Source: Candidatus Latescibacterota bacterium
GTDB taxonomy: Bacteria > Latescibacterota > UBA2968 > GCA-2709665
Assembly (NCBI GenBank): GCA_965222075.1
Contig: OZ244937.1
Span: 576,001 to 640,000 of the forward strand
Direction: 5' to 3'
DNA length: 64,000 bases
Shown: piece by piece, positions 19,879 to 29,951 of the stretch
How the letters are laid out: each line of letters begins with the position of its first letter
Numbering within the stretch: position 1 is the first letter of the stretch
Position numbers and translations under genes: made by a program
The notes under the pieces: generated by a model
Database searches by the model: none
What the model was told of the DNA's origin: nothing
Seen by the model: the letters and a program-made list of their open reading frames with translations, nothing else

Positions 19879-20868
19879 ATGGGCGATCCGTTGCGCGTTG
19901 CCGTTATTGGGGCCAGCGGGATCGGGCAGCACCATGCCCGGTGGTACCACCTCACAGGCTGTGAGGTGGCGGCCTTTGTGGGCACGTCGGAGGCTTCGTG
20001 TGAGAAGACGCGAGCCCGTCTTGAGGCCTATTTCGGGTTTGGAGGAAGGGCTTACCAGGATGTTTCCCAAATGCTTCGGGAGGAACGGCCCGACATTGTG
20101 GATGTGTCCAGTCCCTACAGCCTGCACCGGGAGCATGCCCTGGCTGCACTGGAGGCCGGGGCGCACGTGGTTTGTGAAAAGCCCCTCTGCTGGGACGAGA
20201 AAAAGGGTTTGGACCAGATCTTAGAAGATGGACGGGCCGTTGTGGAAGCTGCCGGGCGGGCCGGCCGCCTTCTGGGGGTGTCTGCTCAGTACCCGGCCGT
20301 TATCCCCACCTACCGGGAGTTTTACGAACGGGTGCGGGGGGGCTGGGGCAGGGTGGAGGAAATTTCTATGGAGATGGAGGTGATGGGGCGCACGGTGCCC
20401 AAGCGTTTTGAGAAGATCTGGATCGATGTGGGGTCGCACCCCTTAAGCCTGGTGATCGGCTTTTTGCCCGGAGGCCGGATCGATTATGATGCTGCAACGT
20501 GTGAGGTTACGGAATGGGAGAATCGCGCCCGTTTCGATTATGTGAGTTCTCAGGGGCGATGTGCGGTTGACATGGTGATGAGGACGGTTGCGGAGGGCCC
20601 CCCGGTGCGCCGGTTCGGGGTGAACGGTTTTCCCGTAGACTGGGAAGGGTATACGGACGAGGAGGGGGTCTATCGGGCCGTGCTCAAACAGGGCGAGGAA
20701 GAGGTCCTCTGCAAGGATTTCCTGCATGTGTTTATCGAGGAATTTGTCGCTGCGGTTGGGGGTGAAGGCGGGCGTGTGATTGTATCCGGCGAAGAGGGGC
20801 TCCAAAACCTGGAGTATCAGGTCGAACTCCTCCGCCGGGCTGAGGCTCACAGGATTGGTGAATGTTGA
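19879..20868 (+). CDS. Gfo/Idh/MocA-family oxidoreductase
   Basis: VAVIGASGIG, HVVCEKP, DVGSHP. Confidence 0.88.
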   Translation: MGDPLRVAVIGASGIGQHHARWYHLTGCEVAAFVGTSEASCEKTRARLEAYFGFGGRAYQDVSQMLREERPDIVDVSSPYSLHREHALAALEAGAHVVCEKPLCWDEKKGLDQILEDGRAVVEAAGRAGRLLGVSAQYPAVIPTYREFYERVRGGWGRVEEISMEMEVMGRTVPKRFEKIWIDVGSHPLSLVIGFLPGGRIDYDAATCEVTEWENRARFDYVSSQGRCAVDMVMRTVAEGPPVRRFGVNGFPVDWEGYTDEEGVYRAVLKQGEEEVLCKDFLHVFIEEFVAAVGGEGGRVIVSGEEGLQNLEYQVELLRRAEAHRIGEC

Positions 20869-20880
20869 TAGGGTTGAGAG

Positions 20881-21687
20881 ATGCCTCCAGGTGCCACAGC
20901 CGATATTGCTGTGATTATTACTTCCCATAACTACGGCCGGTATCTGGGGACCTGTTTGTGTTCGGTGGACTCGCAGACGCTGAGACCCAAAGAGATTCTG
21001 GTGGTAGACGACGCCAGCACGGATGGGACCGAGGCGGTGGTTCGGCAGTTTCCCGAGGCGCGCTATTACCGGGTTGCGTTTCAAAATGCGAATAGGGCGC
21101 GCAATTTCGGGTTTTCCAAGATGTCGTCCGAACTGGTCGTCTTTTTTGATGCAGACAACTATATGGAGCCCCATTTTCTGGAGACCCTCTACGGGGGTCT
21201 GGACGCAGATGGGGCTGTGGATTTTGTTTACTGTGACCGGATCAATTTTGGCGAGGGGGATGTTTCCTGGTATCCCGAATCGATGGGACGGTGGCGGGCG
21301 AGACCTTTTGATTCCGTGTTGTTGAGAGAACGCAATTATATCGATCTGGCATCCCTGCTTCGTGCCCGCTGTTTTCCCGGCTTTGACGAAGCCCTGCGGA
21401 GGTGCCAGGACTGGGATCTCTGGCTGAATATCGTGCTGAACCAGAGGGGAAGAGGGCGCTACGTGGCGGAGCCGCTTTTTTACTATCGGGTCCACGGCGC
21501 GAGTGTGAGCCGGCGGGAGGACCGGGACCGCGCGGTGTGGACGATCCGGCGTAAATACCGGCTGGGTCTTTTTTCTTCTCTGCCGGTGGTACGGGACGCT
21601 TTCTGGCTGTATCGTTTTTTGGGATGGCTGAAGCGGTCCTTTGGACGATTTTTCTCCGTTCGATATTCTCTCGGAAAATCACCATGA
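20881..21687 (+). CDS. Glycosyltransferase family 2
   Basis: HNYGRYL, VVDDASTD, FFDAD, QDWDLW. Confidence 0.9.
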   Translation: MPPGATADIAVIITSHNYGRYLGTCLCSVDSQTLRPKEILVVDDASTDGTEAVVRQFPEARYYRVAFQNANRARNFGFSKMSSELVVFFDADNYMEPHFLETLYGGLDADGAVDFVYCDRINFGEGDVSWYPESMGRWRARPFDSVLLRERNYIDLASLLRARCFPGFDEALRRCQDWDLWLNIVLNQRGRGRYVAEPLFYYRVHGASVSRREDRDRAVWTIRRKYRLGLFSSLPVVRDAFWLYRFLGWLKRSFGRFFSVRYSLGKSP

Positions 21688-21702
21688 TGGAGGAGATTTC
21701 CC

Positions 21703-22032
21703 ATGAGCGATCTGGTTGATCAGAGCCACAATATCAAGCCGAAGATGGAGGCAATGATCCAGACGGTTATCTTCATCCAGTCGGCCTATGCCCGGGCGCT
21801 TCTGGTAGACCGAAATGCGCTTCTGGCGTCTCAGACGGAAGAGGATACGGTCCGTTCCGAGTCGATCCTTCAGGAGGCCTTCACAACCGATGTGCGCCCG
21901 CTTCTGGCCCGCGTGCGAAAGGAGATGGGCCTGCACCCGGATCCTATGGCGGCCTACCGGGAGAGCGGCTATTTTGAGAAGATTGCAGAAGAACGCGTGG
22001 GCGAGCTGGAAGGCGCGGCCAGCTGGGGATAA
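21703..22032 (+). pseudogene. C-terminal fragment of an L-rhamnose isomerase (RhaI-like)
   Basis: DQSHNIKPK, AYARALLVDR, AFTTDVRPLL, DPMAAYRESGY, terminal WG; the catalytic barrel is absent. Confidence 0.7.
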
Positions 22033-22111
22033 TTGGTTGCGGAGTGCGGATTCTGCCGCTGCTTCCAGATAGGGAGGCAGCACCTTTTTAATAGAGTGAA
22101 GCGTTGTGGGG

Positions 22112-22672
22112 TCAAAATCCGAGGTGTTTCAGGAATTTTTGCCTTCCACCCGTCTTTTTTTCGCGGTTCCAGGATTTGACTTTCTCAAAGTAGGGGGTTT
22201 CCTCTTCTTCTTCCCACTTGCAGAGGGCTTTGATCTGTCCGGGGCTGTTGTAGCCGTCGAGTTCGTAGGGGCACTCGACGGAATTGCTGATGCTTAAGAG
22301 TTCGATATTTCCCTCAGCGTCGAATTCGATGTCGAAGGGGTAGCGGCGGCAGGTGACGGGGCGGTGTTCGTAGATGGTGCAGAGGTCGTCTTTCCCGAGG
22401 TACTGGCAGCCGTGATTGTTGCGGCGGAGGCCCATGATGCGCTGGCCGGATTTGAATTTGACCCATCCCGGATTGCGTTTGCTCCAGTCGATTTCATCCG
22501 GTTGGTAAAACCGGACGATTTGGGATGCCTCCTGGCTGGTGTGTGAGATGATGCGCCGTATGTCTTCATCCGTGACCAGGACAATCGGTTCCCGGCAGCA
22601 GTTTGCACAGCAGGTACACCGAAAGTTGAGCAGGTGTTTCCACGCTTTGGCCATGCCGTCTCCTTTATTCAC
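22112..22672 (-). CDS. YkgJ-family CxxCxxCC cysteine-cluster protein
   Basis: FRCTCCANCC, CQYL, CTIYEHRPVTCRRYPF. Confidence 0.9.
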   Translation of the reverse strand: MNKGDGMAKAWKHLLNFRCTCCANCCREPIVLVTDEDIRRIISHTSQEASQIVRFYQPDEIDWSKRNPGWVKFKSGQRIMGLRRNNHGCQYLGKDDLCTIYEHRPVTCRRYPFDIEFDAEGNIELLSISNSVECPYELDGYNSPGQIKALCKWEEEEETPYFEKVKSWNREKKTGGRQKFLKHLGF

Positions 22673-22719
22673 CCCTTGCTACTGAGATTTGAGATGTTGC
22701 GGATATCTCTATCTCTCCA

Positions 22720-22748
22720 AACATAGGCGAGGAAGGCGGAAGTGTCAA
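22720..22748 (-). promoter_or_regulatory. Putative sigma70 promoter
   Basis: Minus TTGACA-N17-TATGTT. Confidence 0.55.
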
Positions 22749-22946
22749 GAGGCATGATGGAGAGGGCCTTCGGATAGCGGCGAATTTTGTCTTTTACCTG
22801 CCCGGGGGGCTTGTTATATTTGAACGGGCAGCCCGTTTTGAAAATAGGGGCAGCAGGGCGTTGAAGTCCGGGTGGCGGGCGCTGATCGGGATGGGCATCG
22901 CGGCTGTGGGACTGGCGTTGATCAACCTGAAATAGAGGATCGTGAT

Positions 22947-23666
22947 ATGGCAGGGCCTGTTATCGGTATTACCACGAGTATGGATGCGGACAACGGGGAG
23001 ATTTCCCGGCAGGTTCTGGGTCACCATTACGTCAGAGCCGTGGAGCGCGCGGGTGGGTGCCCGCTTATTCTGCCCATGGTTGAACGCCGGGAGGCTTTGT
23101 GCCCTGTTCTGGAACTGCTGGACGGGCTCATCATCACCGGCGGTCCCGGGATTACCGACGGGCTTATCGGCCGGCTTCCGGACGATCTGCCGCCGGTTGC
23201 GCCGGAACGGGACCGGGCGGATACATGGGCCTTTGAGGGGGCCAACCGGAAGGGGCTCCCGATTCTGGGGATTTGCTACGGTATGCAGTTTATTAATGCG
23301 AGATTCGGGGGTACGATCTACGCCGATGTCCAAACACAGCTTCAGGTGCAGGCCCACTCTCCCAAACGCAACGGTGGGGTGGATGTCCGGCACGGGGTTA
23401 TTCCGGAGGGCGGCTCCTGCCTGGACAGGCTGGTGAGGCAGAGAGGCAGGCTTGTGGAGGTCAACAGTTATCACCTGCAGGCGGTGGGGCAACCGGGGAG
23501 GGGGTTGCGGGTTAACGCCCGGAGTACGGACGGGCTGATCGAAGGGATCGAAACCGAGGACGGGCGTATTTTGGGGGTGCAGTTTCACCCCGAAGGACTT
23601 TCCGGCACGGTGTGGGACAAGGTTTTTGACTATCTGATGGAGCGGGCCGGGAGAGAGAGGGTTTGA
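22947..23666 (+). CDS. Peptidase C26 / gamma-glutamyl-GABA hydrolase family (PuuD-like)
   Basis: PVIGIT, LGICYGMQ, VNSYHLQAV, GVQFHPE. Confidence 0.9.
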   Translation: MAGPVIGITTSMDADNGEISRQVLGHHYVRAVERAGGCPLILPMVERREALCPVLELLDGLIITGGPGITDGLIGRLPDDLPPVAPERDRADTWAFEGANRKGLPILGICYGMQFINARFGGTIYADVQTQLQVQAHSPKRNGGVDVRHGVIPEGGSCLDRLVRQRGRLVEVNSYHLQAVGQPGRGLRVNARSTDGLIEGIETEDGRILGVQFHPEGLSGTVWDKVFDYLMERAGRERV

Positions 23667-23712
23667 TTTGTGGGTGTTTGGTGCTGGCGCCCTGATGTGA
23701 AAGGATGATAAG

Positions 23713-24288
23713 GTGGGTGACCCTGCGGTGCAAATGACCGAAACGGATGGGAAGACCCCGGATCCATTCTGGACGGTTGCAAACTGTTGCAGCCTGCTCC
23801 GGGTTGTCCTGGCCTTTCCCGTCCTCTGGATGATCTGGAAGGGGCCTGAGTACCGATGGATCTTATTTGCCGTGGTTCTGGTGATGATTGCAACCGATGT
23901 TCTGGATGGATACCTTGCCAGATGGCGGGGTGAGATTACGCGGTGGGGGAAGATTCTGGATCCGGTGGCCGATAAGCTGGCGATCGATTCGATTGCGGTT
24001 GCGCTGGTGCTCGTCAAGGGGCTACCCTTATGGGTGGCCGTGGTGGTTGTGGGGCGGGATGTGTTGATTGTGCTGGGCGGGGTGCTGCTGGTGGCCCGGG
24101 AAAAGATCATGGTTGTTTCCAATATCTGGGGGAAGTTGACGACGCTGGTGATGAGTGTACTGCTGCTGGCTTACGCGATGGATGCGGAACCTGTAAAAGA
24201 ACCGTTGCTCGCGCTGGCGGCATTGCTGCTGCTGGCTTCTTCGGTGAGTTACGGGGTGCATTTTTTGCGGTTGATACGGAGGACGTGA
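23713..24288 (+). CDS. CDP-alcohol phosphatidyltransferase (PgsA-like)
   Basis: TDVLDGYLAR..GKILDPVADK. Confidence 0.9.
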   Translation: MGDPAVQMTETDGKTPDPFWTVANCCSLLRVVLAFPVLWMIWKGPEYRWILFAVVLVMIATDVLDGYLARWRGEITRWGKILDPVADKLAIDSIAVALVLVKGLPLWVAVVVVGRDVLIVLGGVLLVAREKIMVVSNIWGKLTTLVMSVLLLAYAMDAEPVKEPLLALAALLLLASSVSYGVHFLRLIRRT

Positions 24289-25016
24289 TGGGCGTTGTGG
24301 GTTGCAACGCCCCGTCGCTCGATGAGGTGAAGTTGCAGATCAGTGTGATTGTTCCCGCTGTAAACGAGGCAGAGACGATCGGGGGATGCCTGGCACAGTT
24401 CCGGGACGCCGGGGGGGTTGAGGTGGTGGTTGTGGACGGGGGAAGCAGCGATGGGACGAAGGAGGCGGTGAAAGCTTCGGGTGTCGCTGGCTGGCTGGCT
24501 TCACCCCAAAAGGGCCGGGCGTTTCAGATGAATTACGGGGCAGCGGCTACGTCGGGTGAGGTTTTGCTTTTTCTGCACGCCGATACGCACCTCCCCGGGG
24601 ATGGGCTGAAGCTGATTGCCGATTCTATGACCGATCCGGAGGTGGTGGGCGGACGGTTCCGCCTGGGGCTTTCGGAAGATACCTGGATGTTTCGGTTGAT
24701 TGCCCTGTTCAGCACGTTCAGGTCCCGGTATCTGGGCATTACGTATGGAGACCAGGGAATTTATGTGCGGCGATCTGTGTTTGACCGGATGGGGGGATTC
24801 CCTGCGCTTGAGATATTCGAGGATTCCGAGTTTTGCTCGGCGGCCTCCAGGCTGGGACGGTTTGTGATGCTGGACGCGCCTGTGTGCAGTTCCACCCGGC
24901 GGTGGCGGCGGTGGGGGGTGTTCGGGACGGTGGTCCGGATGTGGGCGCTCCGGCTGCTTTATATATGCTCTGTTTCCGATGACCGATTGAGCCGGAGGTA
25001 CCGGGATGTGCGGTAA
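24288..25016 (+). CDS. GT2 glycosyltransferase, TIGR04283-like
   Basis: VVDGGSSD, GRAFQMNYGA, FLHADT, YGDQG, FEDSE, SSTRRW. Confidence 0.85.
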   Translation: MGVVGCNAPSLDEVKLQISVIVPAVNEAETIGGCLAQFRDAGGVEVVVVDGGSSDGTKEAVKASGVAGWLASPQKGRAFQMNYGAAATSGEVLLFLHADTHLPGDGLKLIADSMTDPEVVGGRFRLGLSEDTWMFRLIALFSTFRSRYLGITYGDQGIYVRRSVFDRMGGFPALEIFEDSEFCSAASRLGRFVMLDAPVCSSTRRWRRWGVFGTVVRMWALRLLYICSVSDDRLSRRYRDVR

Positions 25017-25092
25017 GGCGCACGGCGTGCGCCCCTGGTTCGGGCATCGGCATAGCAGAGGGTGGAGCGGATTGCAACGATCGAGGGGCGAC

Positions 25093-26130
25093 ATGAAGCC
25101 GATCCGGCTGGGGTTTATCGGTCTGGGGCATATTACGACCCGTGCCCATCTGCCGCCGCTGGCGGAGATGGCAGAAGCGGGAGAGGTGGTGTTGCAGGCA
25201 TTCTGTGATGTAAACCGGGAAGCGGTGGAGGAACAGGCCAGTGCTTTTGGCGTCAAGGCGGTTTATACGGATCACCACGAGATGTTCGGGAAGGAGGCGC
25301 TGGACGGGGTTTATGTCTGTATTCCACCGACGCTACATACCGATGCGGAACGGATGGCTGCCGAGCAGGGGATCGCGCTGTTCGTGGAGAAGCCCCAGAC
25401 GTTAGATATCGCGCAGGCGGTGGCGTTTAACGAGGCGATTCGGAAGGCGGGGATCGTGTCGCAGGTGGGCTTTCTGAACCGCTACTATCCCTCGTCCGAG
25501 CGGGTGCGGGAGATGCTGGAGGAGCGGACGCCGAGGCATGCGCTTGTGCAGCTCCTCTACAGCGGCAAGCCGGTCCGGTACTGGACGAGCCGGTTCGAGC
25601 TGTGCGGCGGGTCGTTCGTGGAGAATACGATCCATATGGTGGACCTGCTGCGGTTTTTCCTGGGCGATATCGAGGCGGTGTCGGCATTTTATGTGGACCG
25701 GAAACCGGGAGAGGGGCCCGAGCCGATGGATCTGCCGCATGTGTACAATGTGAGCTACCGGTTCAGGAGCGGGGTCACGGCGAATGTGACGACCTCCCGG
25801 GTGCTGACGAATGTGTCGGTTTCCCGGCGGGAGATGCTGGTGGTGTCGGACGATTCGCTGATTGAATGGTCCGCACAACGCGTGGTGGAGAATGGCGAGA
25901 CGGTCTGGGAGATACCTGAGCGGTGCAATGCTTTTGCGGTTCAGGCCCGGGCGTTTGTAGAGGCGGTGCGGCGGGCAGATCCGGCGCTGACGAGGAGCCC
26001 CTATCCGGAGGCGTTGAACAGTTTAGCGGCAGTGTTGGGGGCGAATGTGTCGGCGGCAAAAGGTGGGGAATTGCTTCAATTGGACGATTTTATCGCAGGG
26101 ACTCAGGAGGCCGGACATGGCTGTGGATAG
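25093..26130 (+). CDS. Gfo/Idh/MocA-family oxidoreductase
   Basis: GFIGLGHI, FVEKP, ENTIHMVD. Confidence 0.88.
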   Translation: MKPIRLGFIGLGHITTRAHLPPLAEMAEAGEVVLQAFCDVNREAVEEQASAFGVKAVYTDHHEMFGKEALDGVYVCIPPTLHTDAERMAAEQGIALFVEKPQTLDIAQAVAFNEAIRKAGIVSQVGFLNRYYPSSERVREMLEERTPRHALVQLLYSGKPVRYWTSRFELCGGSFVENTIHMVDLLRFFLGDIEAVSAFYVDRKPGEGPEPMDLPHVYNVSYRFRSGVTANVTTSRVLTNVSVSRREMLVVSDDSLIEWSAQRVVENGETVWEIPERCNAFAVQARAFVEAVRRADPALTRSPYPEALNSLAAVLGANVSAAKGGELLQLDDFIAGTQEAGHGCG

Positions 26131-26491
26131 GCATTTTACTCCGAAAGAGGCGAACCGGACGCTTCCTCTGGTCAAGCGTATTGTGGCGGATATCCTGGAG
26201 ACCAGCGGGCGGATTCGGGAGATGGCGGAGGGGCTGGGCGAAGCGGCCAGGGACGATCCCGGCGTGAGGAAACAGATCGATGCGTTAAACGATCTGTTTG
26301 AGGAGTTGGAAGAGATCGGGTGCTCCTACAAGGATTGGAGCTTTTCGGTGGGGCTGGTCGATTTTCCCGCGATGATCAACGGGAAAGAGGTGGAGCTCTG
26401 CTGGCGGAGCGATGAGCCGGAAATTGTTTATTATCACGGTCCGGAAGGGTATGTGGGCCGCAAGCCGATTCCAAACGAATACCTGGAGTAG
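26117..26491 (+). CDS. DUF2203-family protein
   Basis: FTPKEANRTLPLV, GLVDFP, LCWRSDEPEI..YH. Confidence 0.85.
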   Translation: MAVDRHFTPKEANRTLPLVKRIVADILETSGRIREMAEGLGEAARDDPGVRKQIDALNDLFEELEEIGCSYKDWSFSVGLVDFPAMINGKEVELCWRSDEPEIVYYHGPEGYVGRKPIPNEYLE

Positions 26492-26503
26492 AGGAGGTTA
26501 TCC

Positions 26504-26842
26504 ATGACGGTTGAAGAACTGGTTGGACGGTTTCCGGAGATTCCGGGAGATCTGCATTCGGAGCCGCTGGTCGCCCAGTTTGCAGAGGCTTTTGACGGTC
26601 TGCTGTGGGTGGCCAACAAGCCGAGCGCATGTTCGACCCAGCACGATGCGGGCAACCACTATTATCTCAAGCTTGTCGGTCCGATGGATATCTACCGGTA
26701 CGGGCTTTATACGCGGGAGAAGGTGCTGGGCGAGATCAAAGGCCTTCTGGATCGATACAGGGCCGCCCCGGACGGATTTGCGCAGAGCCTGCTTCCGGCG
26801 GATACGGGCGTGCAGGAGGTTAAAGGACCGGGATGTGAGTGA
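26504..26842 (+). CDS. Hypothetical protein
   Basis: GGAGG RBS, operon packing; no recognised motif. Confidence 0.7.
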   Translation: MTVEELVGRFPEIPGDLHSEPLVAQFAEAFDGLLWVANKPSACSTQHDAGNHYYLKLVGPMDIYRYGLYTREKVLGEIKGLLDRYRAAPDGFAQSLLPADTGVQEVKGPGCE

Positions 26843-28244
26843 GGCTGGTGTGACTGAACGGGATCTCCCTTTTTTGACAGCTGCGGAGCTGGCGTTGCTC
26901 TACCGCGGGGGCGAGGTGTCTCCGGTGGAGGTGGCAGAGGCGTTTCTGGTGCGAATCGAGAAGTACAGGGCCGAAACGGCGGCCTATATTACGGTGACGG
27001 CGGAGCGTGCGCGTGCGGACGCAAAGGCGGCCGAGACGGCGCTGAGGGCGGGGAACGATCTGGGGCCGCTGCACGGGATTCCGGTGGCATTGAAGGATCT
27101 GTGTGATACGGCAGGCATCCGGACGACGTCGGGCGCGGCGATCCGGACCGACTCTGTGCCGGAACGGTCTTCCAGGGTGGCGACCAAACTGGCGCAGGCA
27201 GGGACGGTGCTGCTGGGCAAGACCAATATGGTTGAGTTCGCGTTCGGCCCTTTTGGGCTGAACCCGCACTTTGGCACGCCGCCCAACCCGTGGGATGCAG
27301 AGCGGGTGCCGGGGGGGTCCAGCAGCGGATCGGGCGTGGCCGTGGCTGCGGGGCTGGCCACGGCGGCGATTGGGACCGATACGGGGGGATCGGTGCGCAT
27401 TCCAGCAGCGTTCTGCGGGATTACGGGACTGAAGACCACCGTGGGACGGGTGAGCAGGGCGGGGGTGACGCCGTTGAGCGGGACGCTGGATACGGTGGGG
27501 CCGATGGTGCGGTGTGTGGAGGATGCGGCACTGGTGTTTTCGGCGATTGCGGGGCCGGACCCGGCAGATCCGTCCACGTTGCGCTGTCCGACCGGGGATG
27601 TGCTGGCGGGGTTGAAACGGGTGGTGGGGGGGATGCGGGTGGGGGTGGTCCGCGCGCCTTTTTTCGAGGGGGCCGATCCGGAGGTCGTCTCTGCGGTGGA
27701 GGCAGCGGCGCAGGTGTTTTCCGGTCTGGGCGTTCTGGTGGAGGAGATGGCGTTTCCAGAGGCCCGACAGACCGCTGAGGAGGACGATAACCTGGTGTTG
27801 ATGCGGGCGGAAGGATACGCGGTCCACCAGCAGGCGCTGGCCGAATCGGGGGAGGCGTTTGCGCCCCGGGTGCGCCAACGGCTCGAACAGGGCGAAGCGG
27901 TTTCGGCTGCGGATTATATCGAGATCGTCCGGCGTCGGGGGCCGATGATGCGGTCTGCCCGGGAGCGGTTGGCAGGGGTAGAGGCCGTGGTGGGTCCCAC
28001 GATGCTTACGCCCGCGCCCAGGCTGGCGGACCTGGAGGCAGGCGAGCCGATCCGGCTGGATACACGGGTTGTGAACTGGCTGGGGCTGTGCGCGATTTCA
28101 ATGCCCTGCGGGTTCACGTCACAGGGGCTTCCGGTGGGGCTGCAACTGATCGGGAAGCCGTTCGACGAAGCGACGATTCTGCGGCTGGCCTATGCCTACC
28201 AGCAGGCGACGTCGTGGCATGCGCGCAGGCCGCCGGGATTTTGA
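26835..28244 (+). CDS. Amidase signature family (GatA/AtzE-like)
   Basis: GPLHGIPVALKD, GGSSSGS, GTDTGGSVRIPA. Confidence 0.93.
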   Translation: MSEAGVTERDLPFLTAAELALLYRGGEVSPVEVAEAFLVRIEKYRAETAAYITVTAERARADAKAAETALRAGNDLGPLHGIPVALKDLCDTAGIRTTSGAAIRTDSVPERSSRVATKLAQAGTVLLGKTNMVEFAFGPFGLNPHFGTPPNPWDAERVPGGSSSGSGVAVAAGLATAAIGTDTGGSVRIPAAFCGITGLKTTVGRVSRAGVTPLSGTLDTVGPMVRCVEDAALVFSAIAGPDPADPSTLRCPTGDVLAGLKRVVGGMRVGVVRAPFFEGADPEVVSAVEAAAQVFSGLGVLVEEMAFPEARQTAEEDDNLVLMRAEGYAVHQQALAESGEAFAPRVRQRLEQGEAVSAADYIEIVRRRGPMMRSARERLAGVEAVVGPTMLTPAPRLADLEAGEPIRLDTRVVNWLGLCAISMPCGFTSQGLPVGLQLIGKPFDEATILRLAYAYQQATSWHARRPPGF

Positions 28245-28345
28245 AGGGGAGGAGACAGACGGGGGATACGATGGCGAACATTCTGGTTCCCAAGAACCGG
28301 ATGTAACGGTCCGAATTTGAATGTGTTCCGTTTCCGGAGGGAGGC

Positions 28346-29935
28346 GTGATTATGCTGGTGGGATATGTGAGCGACGAACGGTATATTGCCCTGTCCGATG
28401 TGCAGCTTGAGTTTGTAAACGACTCGGGCGCAGTGGCGGCGTGTTCCCGGGCGTCGGGTGCGGTTTACGTGGATGTAACGCCGGGACCCTACCGGGTCAC
28501 CCTGGCCAGGGAAGGGTTCGGGTCCAAGATCGTGCAGATGGAGGTTGAAGAAGATAAGCCCTACCATTTCCGGCTGCTGCCGGACTGCCTGCTGGGGTAT
28601 ATGTGGCCCAGATGCGTCAAGTCGGGAGAGAGGTCCGAGTTCCGCGTGCATTCGGCGAAGGCGTACAAGTTGGAGCTGTGGCGGTACGGGTGGAAGAAGG
28701 CGTTCATCCGCACGATCGGATGGTACGACGAGCACGGGCCCCGGGCGACGGTACAGCTTTCTCCCGATGGGGATTATACGCAGACGGGGGTTCAGTGGAA
28801 TAAGTTCGGCTATACCAGCCCGAGCCACAAGCAGTACGTGGAGGCGCCCGGGCGATCCGGGCTTTATTATTTTCACGCGAAGACCGAATCGGGCGATTTC
28901 TTTTCTTTTCCGTGGGTGGTGGCGCCGGCCGATCCGACGGCGAAGATCGCGGTGCTGGCGTCGGATATTACCTGGTGTACGTACAACAATTTCGGCGGGC
29001 GGAGCAATTATATCCATCCGGACAGGCTGCCGCCGACACCCACGATCAACGCGCGTCTGGAACTGAAGCGATATACGGACCCGGAGCACATCAATTACGA
29101 TGCGGAGGAGTACCTGCCGCTGTCGTTCGACCGGCCGGAGCCGATCAACCACGTTCCGGAAGCGGTGCAGGTGACCGATCCGATCGAGGGACGGGCGGCG
29201 TGCCATGTTGCGCCTGCGGAGTGGCGGCTGCTGGGGTGGATGGAGCGGGAAGGATTTGCGTACGATTACTATTCTGAGACGCAGTTTCATTTTGGAAAGC
29301 TGAATCTGAACGATTATAAGATTCTGGTGATCAGCACCCATCCGGAGTACTGGTCCAGAAAGATGTACCTGGCGCTCAAGTCGTGGGTGTTTGAGCGGGG
29401 CGGCCGGCTGCTTTATCTGGGCGGAAACGGGGTGAACTGCGAGGTTGAGTTCCTGGATGAGTCGACGATGGTCGTCCACAACGGGTACCGCCGGCAGCAG
29501 CGGGAGGAGGGGTTCGAGAGCCGGCTTCACATGCGGCTTGAGTCGGAGGCCAACCTGCTGGGGGTGGTGTTTACCGATTCGGGCATTATGACCAGCGCGC
29601 CCTATCGCGTGATCGACGCGTCGCACTGGGTGTTTGAAGGCACCGACCTGAAGGAGGGCGATTTGTTCGGCGAGAAGAGCCTGCACGTGCGCGTGCCCGG
29701 CGGGGCTTCGGGACACGAGACGGATAAGATTTCAGCGAGTTCGCCCAGGAACGTCCACCTGCTGGCCAGGGGCACCAATATCGACAACGGGGGCGCGGAG
29801 ATCGTGATCCACGAGCCGGAGGGGGGAGGCGCGGTTTTTTCGGTGGGATCGATTACGTATCCCAGTTCGATCCTGGTGGACGATGCGGTTTCCAGAATTA
29901 CGGCGAATGTGCTGCGGCGGTTTCTTGAGGGATGA
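28346..29935 (+). CDS. N,N-dimethylformamidase large-subunit-like protein with N-terminal carboxypeptidase-regulatory-like domain
   Basis: SGLYYFH, TWCTYNNFGGRSNY, STHPEYWS, YLGGN, GHETD, VFSVGSI. Confidence 0.75.
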   Translation: MIMLVGYVSDERYIALSDVQLEFVNDSGAVAACSRASGAVYVDVTPGPYRVTLAREGFGSKIVQMEVEEDKPYHFRLLPDCLLGYMWPRCVKSGERSEFRVHSAKAYKLELWRYGWKKAFIRTIGWYDEHGPRATVQLSPDGDYTQTGVQWNKFGYTSPSHKQYVEAPGRSGLYYFHAKTESGDFFSFPWVVAPADPTAKIAVLASDITWCTYNNFGGRSNYIHPDRLPPTPTINARLELKRYTDPEHINYDAEEYLPLSFDRPEPINHVPEAVQVTDPIEGRAACHVAPAEWRLLGWMEREGFAYDYYSETQFHFGKLNLNDYKILVISTHPEYWSRKMYLALKSWVFERGGRLLYLGGNGVNCEVEFLDESTMVVHNGYRRQQREEGFESRLHMRLESEANLLGVVFTDSGIMTSAPYRVIDASHWVFEGTDLKEGDLFGEKSLHVRVPGGASGHETDKISASSPRNVHLLARGTNIDNGGAEIVIHEPEGGGAVFSVGSITYPSSILVDDAVSRITANVLRRFLEG

Positions 29936-29951
29936 AAGGAGTGTTGTTCCG

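Noticed and set aside
23416-23429. CCTGCC-TG-GACAGG in the C26 gene as a hairpin element
   Set aside because: Too short, lacks the bulge and inner stem, and encodes an ordinary GSxL segment.
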